From Utricularia gibba (Eukaryota > Plantae > Magnoliophyta): a stretch of 64,000 bases of DNA. The stretch covers positions 1,116,001-1,180,000 of the forward strand of contig NEEC01000011.1 of the NCBI GenBank assembly GCA_002189035.1, written 5' to 3'. The translations under genes were made by a program, and so were the position numbers. A model generated the notes under the pieces. The model was not told where the DNA came from and ran no database searches. It saw only the letters and a list, made by a program, of their open reading frames with translations. Shown here one piece after another: positions 27,136 to 40,360 of this stretch (positions are counted from its first letter, which is position 1; each line of letters begins with the position of its first letter).

Positions 27136-28543
27136 TTATTAAAAGAGCTGATCGATTAGGCCTATTTAGATGTATGTAACTTTATAGTCTATTATCCTTT
27201 GCAGAGCTTTCATGTTATTTTGAAAGCTGTGTAACCCGAGGTAACGTATACTGTTTTTTCCCTTATCTTCCCACATGTTGGCATTTCAGTTATGCTTATG
27301 TTTTCTATTTCAAATTTTTATTTATAAAATAAGTCATGTTTTCTCTTCTTTTCTTGTTGTTCAAGGTTTTGTAGAAATGCATTATAGGAAGAGCATTATT
27401 TCTTCTTGTGACAAGAAGGCATGCAATCATGATCATGGTGCTTTAAGAATTACATTTTGATCATGATATTGGTAGAATGTTTTATAATTAAATTTATATA
27501 TAATATTACTAAAATAGTCATAATAGATTATTGGAGTAAAAACTTTCTAAAATAATAAGAATAATATTATAATGACTGTTAATTTTTTATAATTATTAAA
27601 ATATTTTTCTTTAATATGGTTAAAATATTTTTTTTTAATTTTTTTTTGTACATAAATTCATTGTTATTAAAATAATTTAATTTTTTTAAATTGAATTATT
27701 TTACCAATAAATAAAGTTTTATTTCAAATCTAAATATATTTAAATTTCAGAAATTTTTACATTCACTTGCACATCATAGGAAATGATTTTATGATTTTGA
27801 TATCATTGTATAGTTAGATATTTGGAAAAGGAAAATAATCATGTATTAAACTCAAGCAAATTTAGAAGAAAAAAATATTTTGAATTTTATTGTTCATTTA
27901 AACATGTTAAGAAAAAATTAAAATCAAATTACTTTGAATTTCTTCAATAGTTGGGAATTACACTTCATAAAATTGTTTCCCTCAATCTCACTAGTAGGTA
28001 AACTTAAAAAACGAAATGGTATTATATAAACATAATCATTTAAGAATATTTTTTATTTATAATAAAAAATAAGATGAAATTTATTTAATTGATATAAGTA
28101 AAAACGTGACTGAAATATTTCAAAATAAAATAGGTATTAAACAATAAAATACAAATAAAACATGTATTTTTAAAATAAAAAAACGAAACCACAGTTACTT
28201 CAATAAAGAAAAAAAATCACAGGTATTTTGGGAAAAATAAAATCTGCAACAAGTAATAAATTACTGCTAATTCTCAGTACAAATATATATAGATATTGTG
28301 TATTTAGAAATGTATGACCACTATTACATTACCTTTCACATATTTAGTCAAAAAAATGCATATGACCAAAATTCTAATTCATTCCAAAATCAAAGATGTA
28401 ATCCCTTTTTTTTTTTTTTATCTAGTTCAACTGTTTTTCATTTGTTGGAAACTCTTGTTAAAAAGTGTTTTCTTAAAAAGTAAAATAAATATAACCTTGA
28501 ATTAGATTTCTGAAGCTACACCTAGGCAGAGATGCAATGCAAG

Positions 28544-29336
28544 TCAAGCCCCACCTCCATCTCTCACTTTGTCATTTCTACAGTTGGGTTCCGGATACAA
28601 AGGCAAGCATGTTGTGCAACAAGCAGTTGCCAGCCACCGGATCCCCATCTGTAACACGCTCTTGGTGTGCCTGTGCATCTGCAAACAGGAGTTGGGACTT
28701 TTGAAATGTTCATGCTCTCTCCATTGATGATAACTTCAGCACACTTTTTCGGAGTTCTCGAACGATGAATAGGGGGAGTGGGATTATTGGACTCAATTCT
28801 TGAAGCTCTGTTCCTTGTTTTTCCTTTCGTGGGAACCTTGCCACCCCTCCATTCACAGCAACCATGTTTCCGTTGTCCTGTTCTGAAGTACATTCTACAA
28901 AACGGCAAACTACATTCTCGTTCTTCGGTTGATCAGCAAGCACAGGGTCATACACAGAACGAGATGGTAATGTTTCAAGTGAAAGTCCAAAGCTTGGTGG
29001 GTGATGATAATAACCAGATGGGTTGTTGTTCACAGAGACAACACTTATGTATTTGTCTTTGCTCTCATTCATACAGCAGTCAACGTGTAGATGAAAATCA
29101 CACATTTGGTTACGAAACTGAACCCCATTTGCAGCAGCCGTGAGAATTGATGGGAGAGCAGGCTGATCCACACCAGCAAAAAGAGGTTTCTCATCCACAG
29201 AGGACATCAACTGAAGACCAATGTGGCTCTTGTGGGTCATTCTGGGAGGATAGACGAATGCCCAATTTCTGAAATTCATGTTTGAACCGACATTTCTAGA
29301 ATCCACAGTTGCATTCCAATTCCCATTGTCATCCAT
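28544..29336 (-). pseudogene. BPC: BBR/BPC (BASIC PENTACYSTEINE, GAGA-binding) class I pseudogene
   Basis: N-terminus MDDNGNW...FRNWAFVYPP...IGLQLMSSVDEKP and C-terminal domain VIINGESMNISKVPTPVCRCTGTPRACYRWGSGGWQ. A 1-bp deletion follows, and the next frame reads ACCTTCLPLYP before an early stop. A second frameshift lies between the two ORFs. Confidence 0.9.
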
Positions 29337-30499
29337 AATACGCAAAACTGATACAACCAAAGTTTATAGAAAAAGGCACAAAACCCAGAATGCAGGCCCT
29401 GAGTTGTTGCTTAATCATGAAGATAACAAAAGAACATCTCTTTATCTATATTCCAACAAAACAGTACATAGAGTCAGAAGAGTAACAGGCAGAAAGTGGA
29501 AACACAGTGAATGCTGGGTATTTTCTTAACGCCACCCCTCTGATGGTACAGATTCAAAATGAGAAAACACCATGTGTGATCCATCAAGGAGTTGGATGTC
29601 TTTGTACCCTCCAACTCCTTGTCTTTCCCCAGTTCACATACACTTCCACCCGCGTGAATCCCTTGTCTTCCGGTATCCCCTCTCCGGTCAATGATCGTTG
29701 ATTGATGTGGATCTCTAACACCCCTTGATTATCATATATTGCCCATCTTTAATGCCATCTATGCCATTGATTCTATTTTTAGCTGGGAATATGATTTTTA
29801 TATAATTCTCATTTTTATGGAATATGAAATAATATTTAGAATTATTAAATAATTATTATATATTTTTTCTATTAAAATTATAAATTTTTGTGAAGATGTG
29901 ATGATAATTATGTAAATACAAAACCTATCAAAATAATAAGAAATATCTTATTTAGAGGAAATTGATTATTTTTAAATTGAAAAAAAATGATACTAAAATA
30001 AAAAGATTGATTTTAAAATAATAAACAATGATTTTGTACCAAATCTCTATCAAACATAAACTTACTTTTGTATACACATGTAAACCTCAATAATTGACTC
30101 ATTTGTTAAAATTTTGGAAATTATAAATTTGTATTACTCAGTGATATTTGGGGACATCTTCATTCATTTCTAGAAATACTTACTTAATTATACATTTTTA
30201 CTTATTAACTTTTCGAATATTAATATGAAACTGTTTTGAATTTCGAAAATTCAATTTACCGAAACAAAGTTTCCGGAAGGAAACTCTCAATAATATCAAA
30301 CGTAACCCTTTTTTTTTTTCATTTCATTTGTATAGATGTTTGCTTCGTTTAGGTTATACACTATAGGTGAATTTATTTAAATTTCTTCAACTTTCTTCAA
30401 ATTTATGCATCACAAGTGAGCAGATATGTTTGGAGCAGTTGGCATTTTTTTTTCATTTTTGTTCATCCATTTTTCTGATTTATTTCGTGCTTCTAGAGA

Positions 30500-30985
30500 T
30501 GCTTCTTGAGATTTAAGCAACAATTCTATTCCTAAATGATTCCTAATCTGATTAGCAAATAGTTACATAAATCTGAACATCCATTTTTCTGATGTCTTTC
30601 ACTAATTTCTAAATCTTTAAATGTATTTTCATAACATGTTTTACTACAATTAGTTGTTTTATTATTTATGAATCATTTTATTGCTTTAAATTAATAGTGA
30701 ATATCAGTTTTGTTGCTTATGGAGTTGCTATTTCAAATTTATGAAACAACTTCATTCATAAACGATTTCTAAATCTAAATAGCAAATACTCGTATAAATC
30801 TGACTAGCCATTTTTCTGATATCCTTTATTGATTTATAAATAATTCCTAAATCTGTAAATATATTTTGATTATATATTTCACTGTAACTAATTGCTTTAC
30901 TATTTAGGAATTATTTTTATTGCTTCATATTAGCAACATAAATCACATTTATTACTTTTGGAATTATTGCTTAAATTATGAATGA
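30500..30985. repeat. Diverged tandem duplication, two ~235-bp units
   Basis: Shared blocks TAGCAAATA..CATAAATCTGA..CCATTTTTCTGAT at ~30552-30592 and ~30780-30820, plus a partial third CATCCATTTTTCTGAT at ~30465. Confidence 0.65.
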
Positions 30986-31299
30986 TGTCTTTTGATGTTT
31001 CCAAGCAGACTTGTTTCTTTTAAATAGTTGCTATTTCTGATGTGTTTTGATGTCTTTAGGCTTATGCAATTTATTAATTTCATTTTTAATTTGTGTAATA
31101 TATTTTCAAACAGACTATCACATGTTTTATCATCAATTTTTTGTCATAAATGACTTCTAGAGGAATGAAATCTAAAAGATGAGCCAAAGAAGATAAACTT
31201 ATTCTTGTTTTAGCTTAACTACATGTTAGTAAGGGTTAGAGAAGGGAAATTCACAAAAATGAAATAGTTTATGGAAGAAAATATTTGATTATTATCATA

Positions 31300-32050
31300 A
31301 AGCAATACTGCTAGTTCCTTGTAGGATAGATAAAATAATAAGTAAATGCAAAAGTATGAATAGGATAATGTTAAAAGGAATCAATGGTTATAATGAATTT
31401 AATTTCGAACAAGGTGATGGAGTTTTTTAATTTTGAAGAGTAAAGAGATTTCATTGATATCAAATCTTGGAAGATGTCATGAGTCAAAGTAGATGTCAGA
31501 TGAAAATTAATATTATGTTTCATTTTTAAAATGTTTTTACTAGTATTAAATATATCTTTTTTTTGTAACGTACAAAAATTGATATATGATATAAATGGAA
31601 AACAATTACAAAAAAGTGTCACATGTGCATCAAATAAATAAGGATAAGTTTCACAACTTTCATCAACTTTATAAGAGGAAGAAAGTCCTTTTAGAACAAA
31701 AGATAGCAAAGTGTAAATGGAATAAAAAACAATTGTCTTAATCTACTTATTATTCTTTCAAGAAGAATTATTTTGAATGTATTGATAAGATGAATAAGAA
31801 TCTTGAAAAAAGAAATCAGTTGATATAGCAATTCAATCAAATATATTTGATTGATATATTTGAAATTCTTTGAAATATATACATGAATAAGTTTACCTTA
31901 GGATAGAAAGCAATATATGATATAGGTTATCATGATATTACAAATGCCAAGTTAGTCAATGAAGACTATAGTTTTTTTAGAGATGAGAAAAAAATAAATG
32001 TATTGATTTCGATGAATTCTATGATTAAGAATTTTATAATTACAGCCTTT
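31300..32050 (+). mobile_element. Possible highly decayed hAT (TTF/DUF4371-type) transposase C-terminal remnant
   Basis: Only short motifs (VDIAIQS; E-YSFLEMRK resembling ERSFSxMK), with many stops. Confidence 0.3.
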
Positions 32051-32519
32051 TGTCATCACTATATTTTGAGTACTCAATCACTTTTTTAAATATTTAACAC
32101 TTATGTATAATTGAAAATTATTTAATATGGTATTTAGTTTTGGTTTTTATTTAGAAGTAAAGGGTATTCATTTTCATATTTTTGTTTTTGTTTATGACAT
32201 AACATTGGTTCTGTACCAAGGGCTCAATGCTGTGATGAATTTTGATATTTTTCATTACATCAAATCAATCAAATTATTGCAATCAAATAACAATCAATTC
32301 AGCATTCATAACATGGCCATCATCCATCAAGAAACACCACCAGCGATCAGATGGATGAAATACAGACCTGCTTTATACGTTGGGGCTTTTCCTGCAATCC
32401 TCAAGGGTCAGGGAAATGCTGGATTCTTACGACGATGTACGCACATGGTTTGTATGGCCCTTCATGATACCTTACATCCCAAAATGCAAAGAACTTCCAT
32501 ATGCCCTCTAATATCAACT

Positions 32520-34181
32520 TGTTGAGGCAAAAAAGTGATATGACCATAACATAGTTGTCAAGAAGGAAAATAACTGAAATTTGATGGTTATTTTCGCCTG
32601 AGGAGAGAAGCTATTACCTTTTAAAATAATTTTATTAATTTCTAATTTTAACTAATAATAATATAATATAACATAACATAACTAATAAATAAGTTCATAA
32701 TACGTCAAATAAAACAAAAAATAAATAATATGAATAACAAAGTTCTAAATAGAAACATCAAACACAAGATAAGCAAAAAAGAATAACTAAAAATCATTTT
32801 CATCCATATCATTTGTTGCGCAATTAACATCATCAAATTCATTATTATCAAAAACAAATAAAAGGATTTCATCCCTATCAACTATATCTTTCTAGATTCT
32901 TCCTCTTCCTCATTTTCATTCTTTTCATCAAAATCCTTCTTATCTGAAAGTCCAAAACTTAACATTTCTCTAATGTTATATGAACTACAAACACTTAATT
33001 TCACCAGTGCTGCTCAATTTCACGCGTGTCTTTGTTGTTTGTATCGATTGAGAAGTCTCTTTGAAGCACTAATAGACAACCTTGTGATATGGATTAATTC
33101 ATTAGCACCACTTGCTCTAGGAATTATCCCTATGTCAAACATCTTTCATCATTGAATATACACACATTCTCCTCATTTTCATCATCCACACTATTCTCCT
33201 ATGATCAGCTTCTAGCAATCAAATTGGGTCAATTTTGTCATGTCGCCCATATAGACATCTCAGTGTTCAATTGATAAGTGTACTCAATCTATGATGTTTC
33301 AAATGGTTCCTTATTTTAAAATGAAGCTAACAAAATAAAAAAAAATGTATGTAATAATTAAATAAATGAAACAGTTACATCAATATAATTAAAAAAATTC
33401 ACTGAAATTCCCAAAGACACTTGAGTTCGTTTCACACCCGAGAGCTGCAACTTTAATAGCAAACTTTTGCAAATTTGTCGATAAAAAAAATTTAAGCACG
33501 AACCTTATTAATAAATTAATATATTGATTGCTAAAAATCATAAATAAAATGAATTTATGACATGGTGTTTTTTGTCATACAAGTGCGATACTATTCCAAA
33601 AGTTCTTTATCCCCTAGCAGATATATCTATTTCATTTGAAATTGCATCTTGAACTTAAATGTGAAACACTAATTTTTCTAATATTTTAAACAATTCATTC
33701 ATAGCCTCCTTATCTTGTTGTATATCAGGTTAAAAAAAAGTACATCTGCATGAAAAGGTATATTAAGTTGATTTTTCTAATGATGATCAATACTTTCTTG
33801 CAACTATGTTCTTTGTACTGAAAAGAAGCAGTAACGCGGTCCTTTTCACGATTGTAGATTCTAAAAACATTCTTGTTGGAGGCTATGGACATGCAACACC
33901 TTTCCTAAAATGTCCTGAAATTAGAAATGAGATAAGAGAGAACATGCAAAAAAGGCTTATGCATCCAATATAAGAACACTTTTCCTCATCTTGATAAGGT
34001 GGATATACTCGATAAAGATGAAGAGTTTATGCCACCATCAATGAGTGGTGGATCAAATCCTACAGGTAGATCATAATAAAAAAAATAAAAAATGAATTGC
34101 ACCAAAATTCGTCCGATAGATTAATTTTATTGGGAGAATTGATGTTATAAAGTCTTTCATGTATGGATATATGATGCCAGT
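32520..34181 (-). mobile_element. hAT transposase remnant (DUF659/dimerisation type), rearranged
   Basis: Minus-strand NLQKFAIKV..GCETNSSVF (dimerisation motif) and RNHLKHHRL...IDPI. 33560-33850 matches 56510-56830. 33850-34181 matches 57620-58020 in the opposite orientation. Confidence 0.8.
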
Positions 34182-37100
34182 TGATAAATGATTTTGTTTC
34201 ACTTATATTTGTACTTTTGAAGACTCATTCAGATGGGTTTTGCACTCTTTTTATCTCACTTTCCCTATGTTTTTAGAAGAATTTTATATCTTTCATACCA
34301 CTTTGATCTTTTTAGAGGGAAAGTGTGTTTTGTGATTTTTCAGGATAATTTTAAAATAATTTGGAGGATTTTCGAGTTGACCTTGATGGAGGCAAAGATT
34401 TGATTTATCCAGAAAAAGACTCGATCAAAGATTCTCGGATAAGATAAGATTCGCATCTTATCCTAGGATATTTGGATCTTATACTAGAAGATCTGTATCA
34501 AATCTTAGAAGATTCAGATAAAAAATCTGATGTGAGCCCATCAAGAAAGCCCGACAAGTCTCCACCATTATATAAAGATCCAAACCCGAAGATCGAGGGG
34601 GTCGACGATCAGAGAGTCAATTTAGGGTTAGAGTCAAGTCTAGCATGTTTTGGATGTCTTCCCTTTCGTTTTTCATCAACTTTTGTTGTTTAGAGTCGAG
34701 TATGCACGTGTGAGCGCTTGCGGCTGAGGATCTGCTATGAAACCTTGCTTGCGCAAGTCTTGCGCATGTGACTGTCTTATTATGTTTTTCAACATTTAAC
34801 CCTAAGGGAGTGTGGAAGAATCAAAGATTGCCCTCAAGCACCTAAGGAGAAGGGCTCAATCGGATATCGTTGGTAAGGTATATTCTGTCTAATCTATCTA
34901 CGAAGTGAGAGGTGTAGGGGTTAGACTTGGGTGTACGGAAAACATGGGTTATCACAAGAGGTGAAATGGCTCTGGTGGCGTGGTTGATTCCATAATCCCA
35001 CAAAACAAGGGACGGTGCTATAACGGTCACCGAGTAGCACTACTTTAGCATAACACCCCCAAAGCTTGCGTAAGTAGGTCAGTCTTCAAGGTTTGCACAC
35101 ACGTAAGAGTGAGTTTCAAGTAAGGTGGATCTTGGATGACTTGAAAGGGCTTGACCCTCAACTCTACACCCATCGGATTTATTTGGAAACTAAGGCAAGA
35201 CCAATTGTGCAACCACAAAGGCGGGCGAATCATATGCTAAAGGAGGTGATTAAAAACGAAATTTCAAAATTACTAGATGCTAATATTATCTACTTTATTT
35301 CAGATAGCCAATGGGTTAGCCTAGTACACTGCGCACCAAAGAAAGGAGGCATGATAGTGACACAAAATGAGAAGGGAGACCTCATCCCCTTGCGCAAGGT
35401 GACTGGCTGGAGGATTTGTATTGATTTTCGGAAACTCAATGATGCCACCAGAAAGGATCATCACCCATTGCCCTTTATTGATCAAATTCTGGAAAGGTTA
35501 AGTAACCAAACTTTCTATTGTTACCTTGATGGTTATTTTGGATATTTTTCAGATTCCAATCCATCCGGAAGATCAACATAAGACCATGTTTACTTGTCCT
35601 TTTGGCACCTTTGCATACAAGAGAATGCCCTTCGGTTTGTACAATGCTCCTGAAACTTTTCAGTGTTGCATGACAGTCATTTTTTCAGAACATGTGGAGA
35701 AGATCATAGAGGTATTTATGGATGATATATCTGTTTATGGGGCTGATTTCGATTCATGTTTGCAGAACTTAGGTATCATTTTGGAGAGGTGTATTGAATG
35801 CAACTTGGTACTCAATTGAGAGAAATGTCATTTTATGAACATCACATTTCTTCCAAAGGCATTCAAGTGGATCCACCAAAAATCGAGGTGATTGAAAAAT
35901 TACCAACGCCAACTACAGTAAAAGGGATCAGAAGCTTCTTGGGGCATGCAGGATTTTATAGGAGGTTTATTGCTAATTTTTCTCGCATTTCTCACCCACT
36001 AACACCGCTGCTTGCGCAAGACGCGGAATTTTGTTTTGATGAAGAATGTGTGCATGCCTTCAACATGCTGAAACAAGCTCTTATTACTGCACTCATTCTT
36101 CAACCACCAGATTGGACCTTGCCATTTGAACTGATGTGTGATGCAAGTGATTGTGCTGTAGAGACTGTTCTCGGATAGAAAAAAGACAAGGTAATTCATG
36201 TGATTTATTATACCAGCAAAACTCTCAATGTAGCCCAAAGGAACTATACAACCACAAAAAAGGAGTTGCTGGCAATTGTTTTTGCCATTGAAAAATTCAG
36301 ATCCTATTCATTGGGTGCAAAGGTGATTGTTCATATGGATCATGTAGCCTTGAAATATCTTTTGAGCAAGCAGGAATCGAAACCTAGGTTGATAAGATGG
36401 ATTCTACTTCTTCAAGAATTTGATATGGAAATTCGTGACAAGAAGGGCAAGGAAAATGGAGTAGCTGATCATTTTTCACACCTACAACTTGAAACAAGTG
36501 TGGAGGAGTTATCCATTGATGATTCTTTCCTCACAGAATGTATCCTTGCTGTCCAAGATAGCAATCTGCCATGGTATGCTGATTTTGTCAATTATCTCAT
36601 TGGAGGAGTCTTGCCCCAGAATCCGAACTTCAACCAGCAGAAGCGCTTCCTTGCACAAGTGAAGCATTGTTTTTGGGAAGAACCTATGCTTTTTGAATGT
36701 TGCGCTGACGGAATTATCAGAAGATGCCTACCATTAGAGAAGGTAAGGGACGTAGTTTGACACTGCTATTCATCACCATATGGAGGGCATGCAGCAACAT
36801 CAAAAACACTCTTCAAAATTCTTCAATTTGGATTTTATTTGCCCACCATGAATCATGATGTGAGGGAATTTATTCAAGCATGCGAATCATGCCAGCATGC
36901 AGGTTCTATTTCCAGGAGAGATGAAGGACCCATGACATATATCCTGGAGGTGGAAATTTTCGATGTGTGGGGGCTGGATTTTATGGGACCCTTCCCATCT
37001 TCTTATGGCAACACACAAATTCTTGTGGCAGAGGATTATGTCTCAAAATGGGCAGAAGCTATTGTGGTTCTAACAATTGATGGAAGAGCTATAATTAAAC

Positions 37101-38330
37101 TCTTCAAACAAATCATTCTACCTAGGTTTGGAGCCCCAAGATACATCATACGTAATTGAGGAAAATAGTTCATTGAAAGAGAATTCCGGAAGCTCTTGCA
37201 TAAGTATGGAGTGACACACAGGACCTCAACCCCATATCACCCACAAACCTACGGACAAGTGAAGGTAACTAACAGGGAATTGAAGAGGATTCTGGAACGT
37301 ACGGTGGCCAAAACCCGCAAGGATTGGGCAACCATATTGACTGATGCTCTATGGGCTTGTCGCATAGCGTATAAGACTCCCTTGGGGACCTACTCTTATC
37401 GTTTGGTTTATGAGAAAAGTACCCGTGGTTTGCTTGTTGCCACACAAAAACACCATATTGACTGATACATTACATGTTCCAGTGGATCTCTCCAACCACC
37501 TCCCATCTTGATGAGAAAGTACCTGTGGTTTGCTTGTTGCCACACAAAAACAAGCGATTGCTCTTTTAGTTTATTTTATTTTCAATTCTCTCTTGCATTG
37601 TTTTTCTTTTCTTCTTTCTCTTCAATAAGCATAGGTGCAATATATACTTTCGAGGAAAAATCCCACACTATTTGACATATGATGAAAGGTGAGTGTTTCT
37701 ACTCATCTTGAAGACAAGATGTCATTTAAGTGGGGGGAGGGAGGGGGGGGGGGGAGTACTTGACTCTTTAGATTGTTTTTTTTTTTGTACCTTTTTAAAA
37801 GAATTTTTTTTCAAATTTTGGCATATATTTCATTGATCAACTCCTTGCATTTTGTGTTTTGTTGGAATCTAGACATTTGTTTTTAGTATTATTTTTTTGA
37901 GATAATTAATGTAAATTAGAATTTTAGTATGCCTATTAGTATATTGTTTTTTTTTTTGCATGCTATTCACTTTATGCCCCTTGCGCAAGCTACATAGCCC
38001 TAGTTTCTTGGTGAGAAGGATATTTTTTATTCTCTTTTCATTATGAGTGCCCTGAATGTAGAGTAATCATAGACTTGTTCTTGTGCATACTGTTGAGTTA
38101 TTCTACAGGTCTTGTGCAAAAGGATTGGGGTATTAGGATTTATCATGTTTTATCCCAATATCCTACCTTGAATCCGCTTAGTGAGCCCCGCTTGGCCTGA
38201 AACCTTTTATTTGATTCACCACATCAGAAGCCAAATCCGTTTTCATGATTATAGCCTACTGCAATTTCTCTTGACCCAAGGAATGAGCATCTAGAGAATA
38301 GTTATGTTTGTTTGCTTGCGCAAGTTGCAC
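34182..38330 (+). mobile_element. Ty3/gypsy Athila-like element, degenerate (LTR-like start, RT, RNase H, integrase, 3' non-coding region)
   Basis: SQWVSLVHCAPKKGGM...[123 protein letters not shown]. Starts TGATAAATG at 34182; G-rich tract at 37731-37755. Confidence 0.92.
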
Positions 38331-38932
38331 AATTAGGAGCTTTATTACAAAAGAAGAAAAGTAAAGAGCAATTTTCAATTCATTGATTAAGCTCTATCTC
38401 AATAATTTATGAAGTTATTTTCAACAACATCCTGTCCATTTGGGAGTTTGTAGCAATATTAATGTGGTTCACCTCACAAATTCTATGATAACTCAGGGTT
38501 ACAATAACAAAAAGAGGACACAAAAAACCTATTGATTTTATAACAACTGAATCGGTAGATTTTACAAGCACCAAATGTAAGAGTCAAACTGATTTTGGAT
38601 TTTGGCTGTAGGTTGAAGACTTGGCCATATAACTCTAGATCATGTATGTAGAGCCAAAATCATTGTCAATAATCAAAACGCTTCACCAAGAGAATGATAC
38701 TTGGTCTTCACAACGAGAATTACTATAAAAATGGATTCTTGACTTGCAAGAAAGTGTCTCACAAGTAGCATCATTCTTAAATCCCTATCTTGAAATATAT
38801 AAAATAAATCACTCATGAGGTTACTAAATGAGATTATTTTTTAACAAATAAACCATGACCTAACACATGTTATTTAATTTTCAAGCCCAAATGCTTCACA
38901 ATCTCCCCATTAATTTCACAAAATCTAGACCA

Positions 38933-39088
38933 TTCACTATTGACTTTTTTGCAAACACTAAAAATGATTGCTCTATGTAAATCAACCTAGACTTATTGCT
39001 ACTATATTTATTTTTGTATAATATTTATTTCTAGGTTGATTTACATAGAGCAATCATTTTTAGTGTTTGCAAAAAAGTCAATAGTGAA
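38933..39088. repeat. Perfect 59-bp inverted repeat with 38-bp spacer
   Basis: Arm 38933-38991 (TTCACTATTGACTTTTTTGCAAACACTAAAAATGATTGCTCTATGTAAATCAACCTAGA) is the exact reverse complement of 39030-39088. Confidence 0.95.
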
Positions 39089-40360
39089 AGGAAAGATTTA
39101 TGGTACAGACTGCTAGAGTAGAAAAATGTATACACAATTAAAGTTTTGAGTAAAACATAAATGGAGTACACAACTTGAGCGAATAAAACAAGTAACCAAA
39201 TTTCAAATCTCTTAATTAATGGTTTTAATGTCATTTTCTTTCATCTCAACTGATAAACGAGAATCAGCTAGCTAAAGCATGAAGTGATTTAAACATTCAT
39301 GACAAGATTAAAATCTGCAAGACATGAAGTCAGATACCGTTAAGCTAATGTCATGAAAATAAAAATAGTTCTAGTGATTCATCACCCTTAGATTGTCTTC
39401 AACGTTCAAGCCTCATTCATGTTGCTCCTTCCTCTAGCAGGTGAACAACACCAGGAGCCCTCTCACTCTTTCGTAGTTTCTATCTCGTCTAAGCTTCACC
39501 CTTCACCATATAGAATGCCAATCATGTTGTTTCTTCAACCTTCTTGGTGGAAGTTTACTTGTTCTTCCTATCCTCCTTTTTCCTTCGCAAATCACGGGAA
39601 AAATATCTTTTCCCCACGAGAGCTTCCTCTAGCTGGTTGCTAGCTCTCTAACTCAGGCCGCCACCCTCTTCTTCTTTTTTTTTTCTCTCTTCAACTTTAG
39701 CTTCTCATTAGGATCTGTATTTCTAATTTTACCTCTGTTCTAAAAAATTACCGCATAGGCTGATTAAATCACACCGCCTAACCTAAATGGGCTGGACCTA
39801 TGCACTCCATGGAGAAATAGACACACTTTGACATCAAATTAACAAAAAATATGGATCAATTCAAATTTTCTTTATGCTAAATTGGAGACCACATACTATA
39901 GGTTATTCCTTCCCTCCCCCACCCCAATTCAAATATTTCTACTCTATTCTTACTAAAAGCTAAAAATAAAAACATTAAAAAAAAGCATAATATCACTCTT
40001 TAGGATCTTTACCATCAAAGATTTGTACTAGACACTCCCACATTAATGACTAAGGAACCATGAAACAGTTAGAAGGAAATGTGTTTGATTTGATTTATGT
40101 TAGGGTTCACTAAAAAGAATTCAATTGTCTTCAATATGCAAATGATGAAGGTATGTGAGGATTTTGACTATCAAACAATTGGATATATTATAGAGGTAAA
40201 TAATTTATTAATATATTATTTATTTTTCTATTTATAAACATTTTCAATACTTTTAACATTTAGATACTCGAATAATTGAATGGTTAGTTAGTTATTGTTG
40301 CAATTTCCTAATCACTATTAATGTGATCAATAGATGATGTATTTGAATCCAATTTGCAAG

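Noticed and set aside
30230-30310. Second copy of the 24288-24560 MITE
   Set aside because: Only vague GGAAAC/CGAAAC-rich similarity; no TIR pair or TSD.
32127-32525. 132-aa plus-strand ORF
   Set aside because: Starts in low-complexity AT-rich DNA, has no recognisable motif, and the frame is not kept in the paralog at 47440-47750.
38460-38820. Coding-like sequence after the Athila element
   Set aside because: No frame gave a motif I could recognise.
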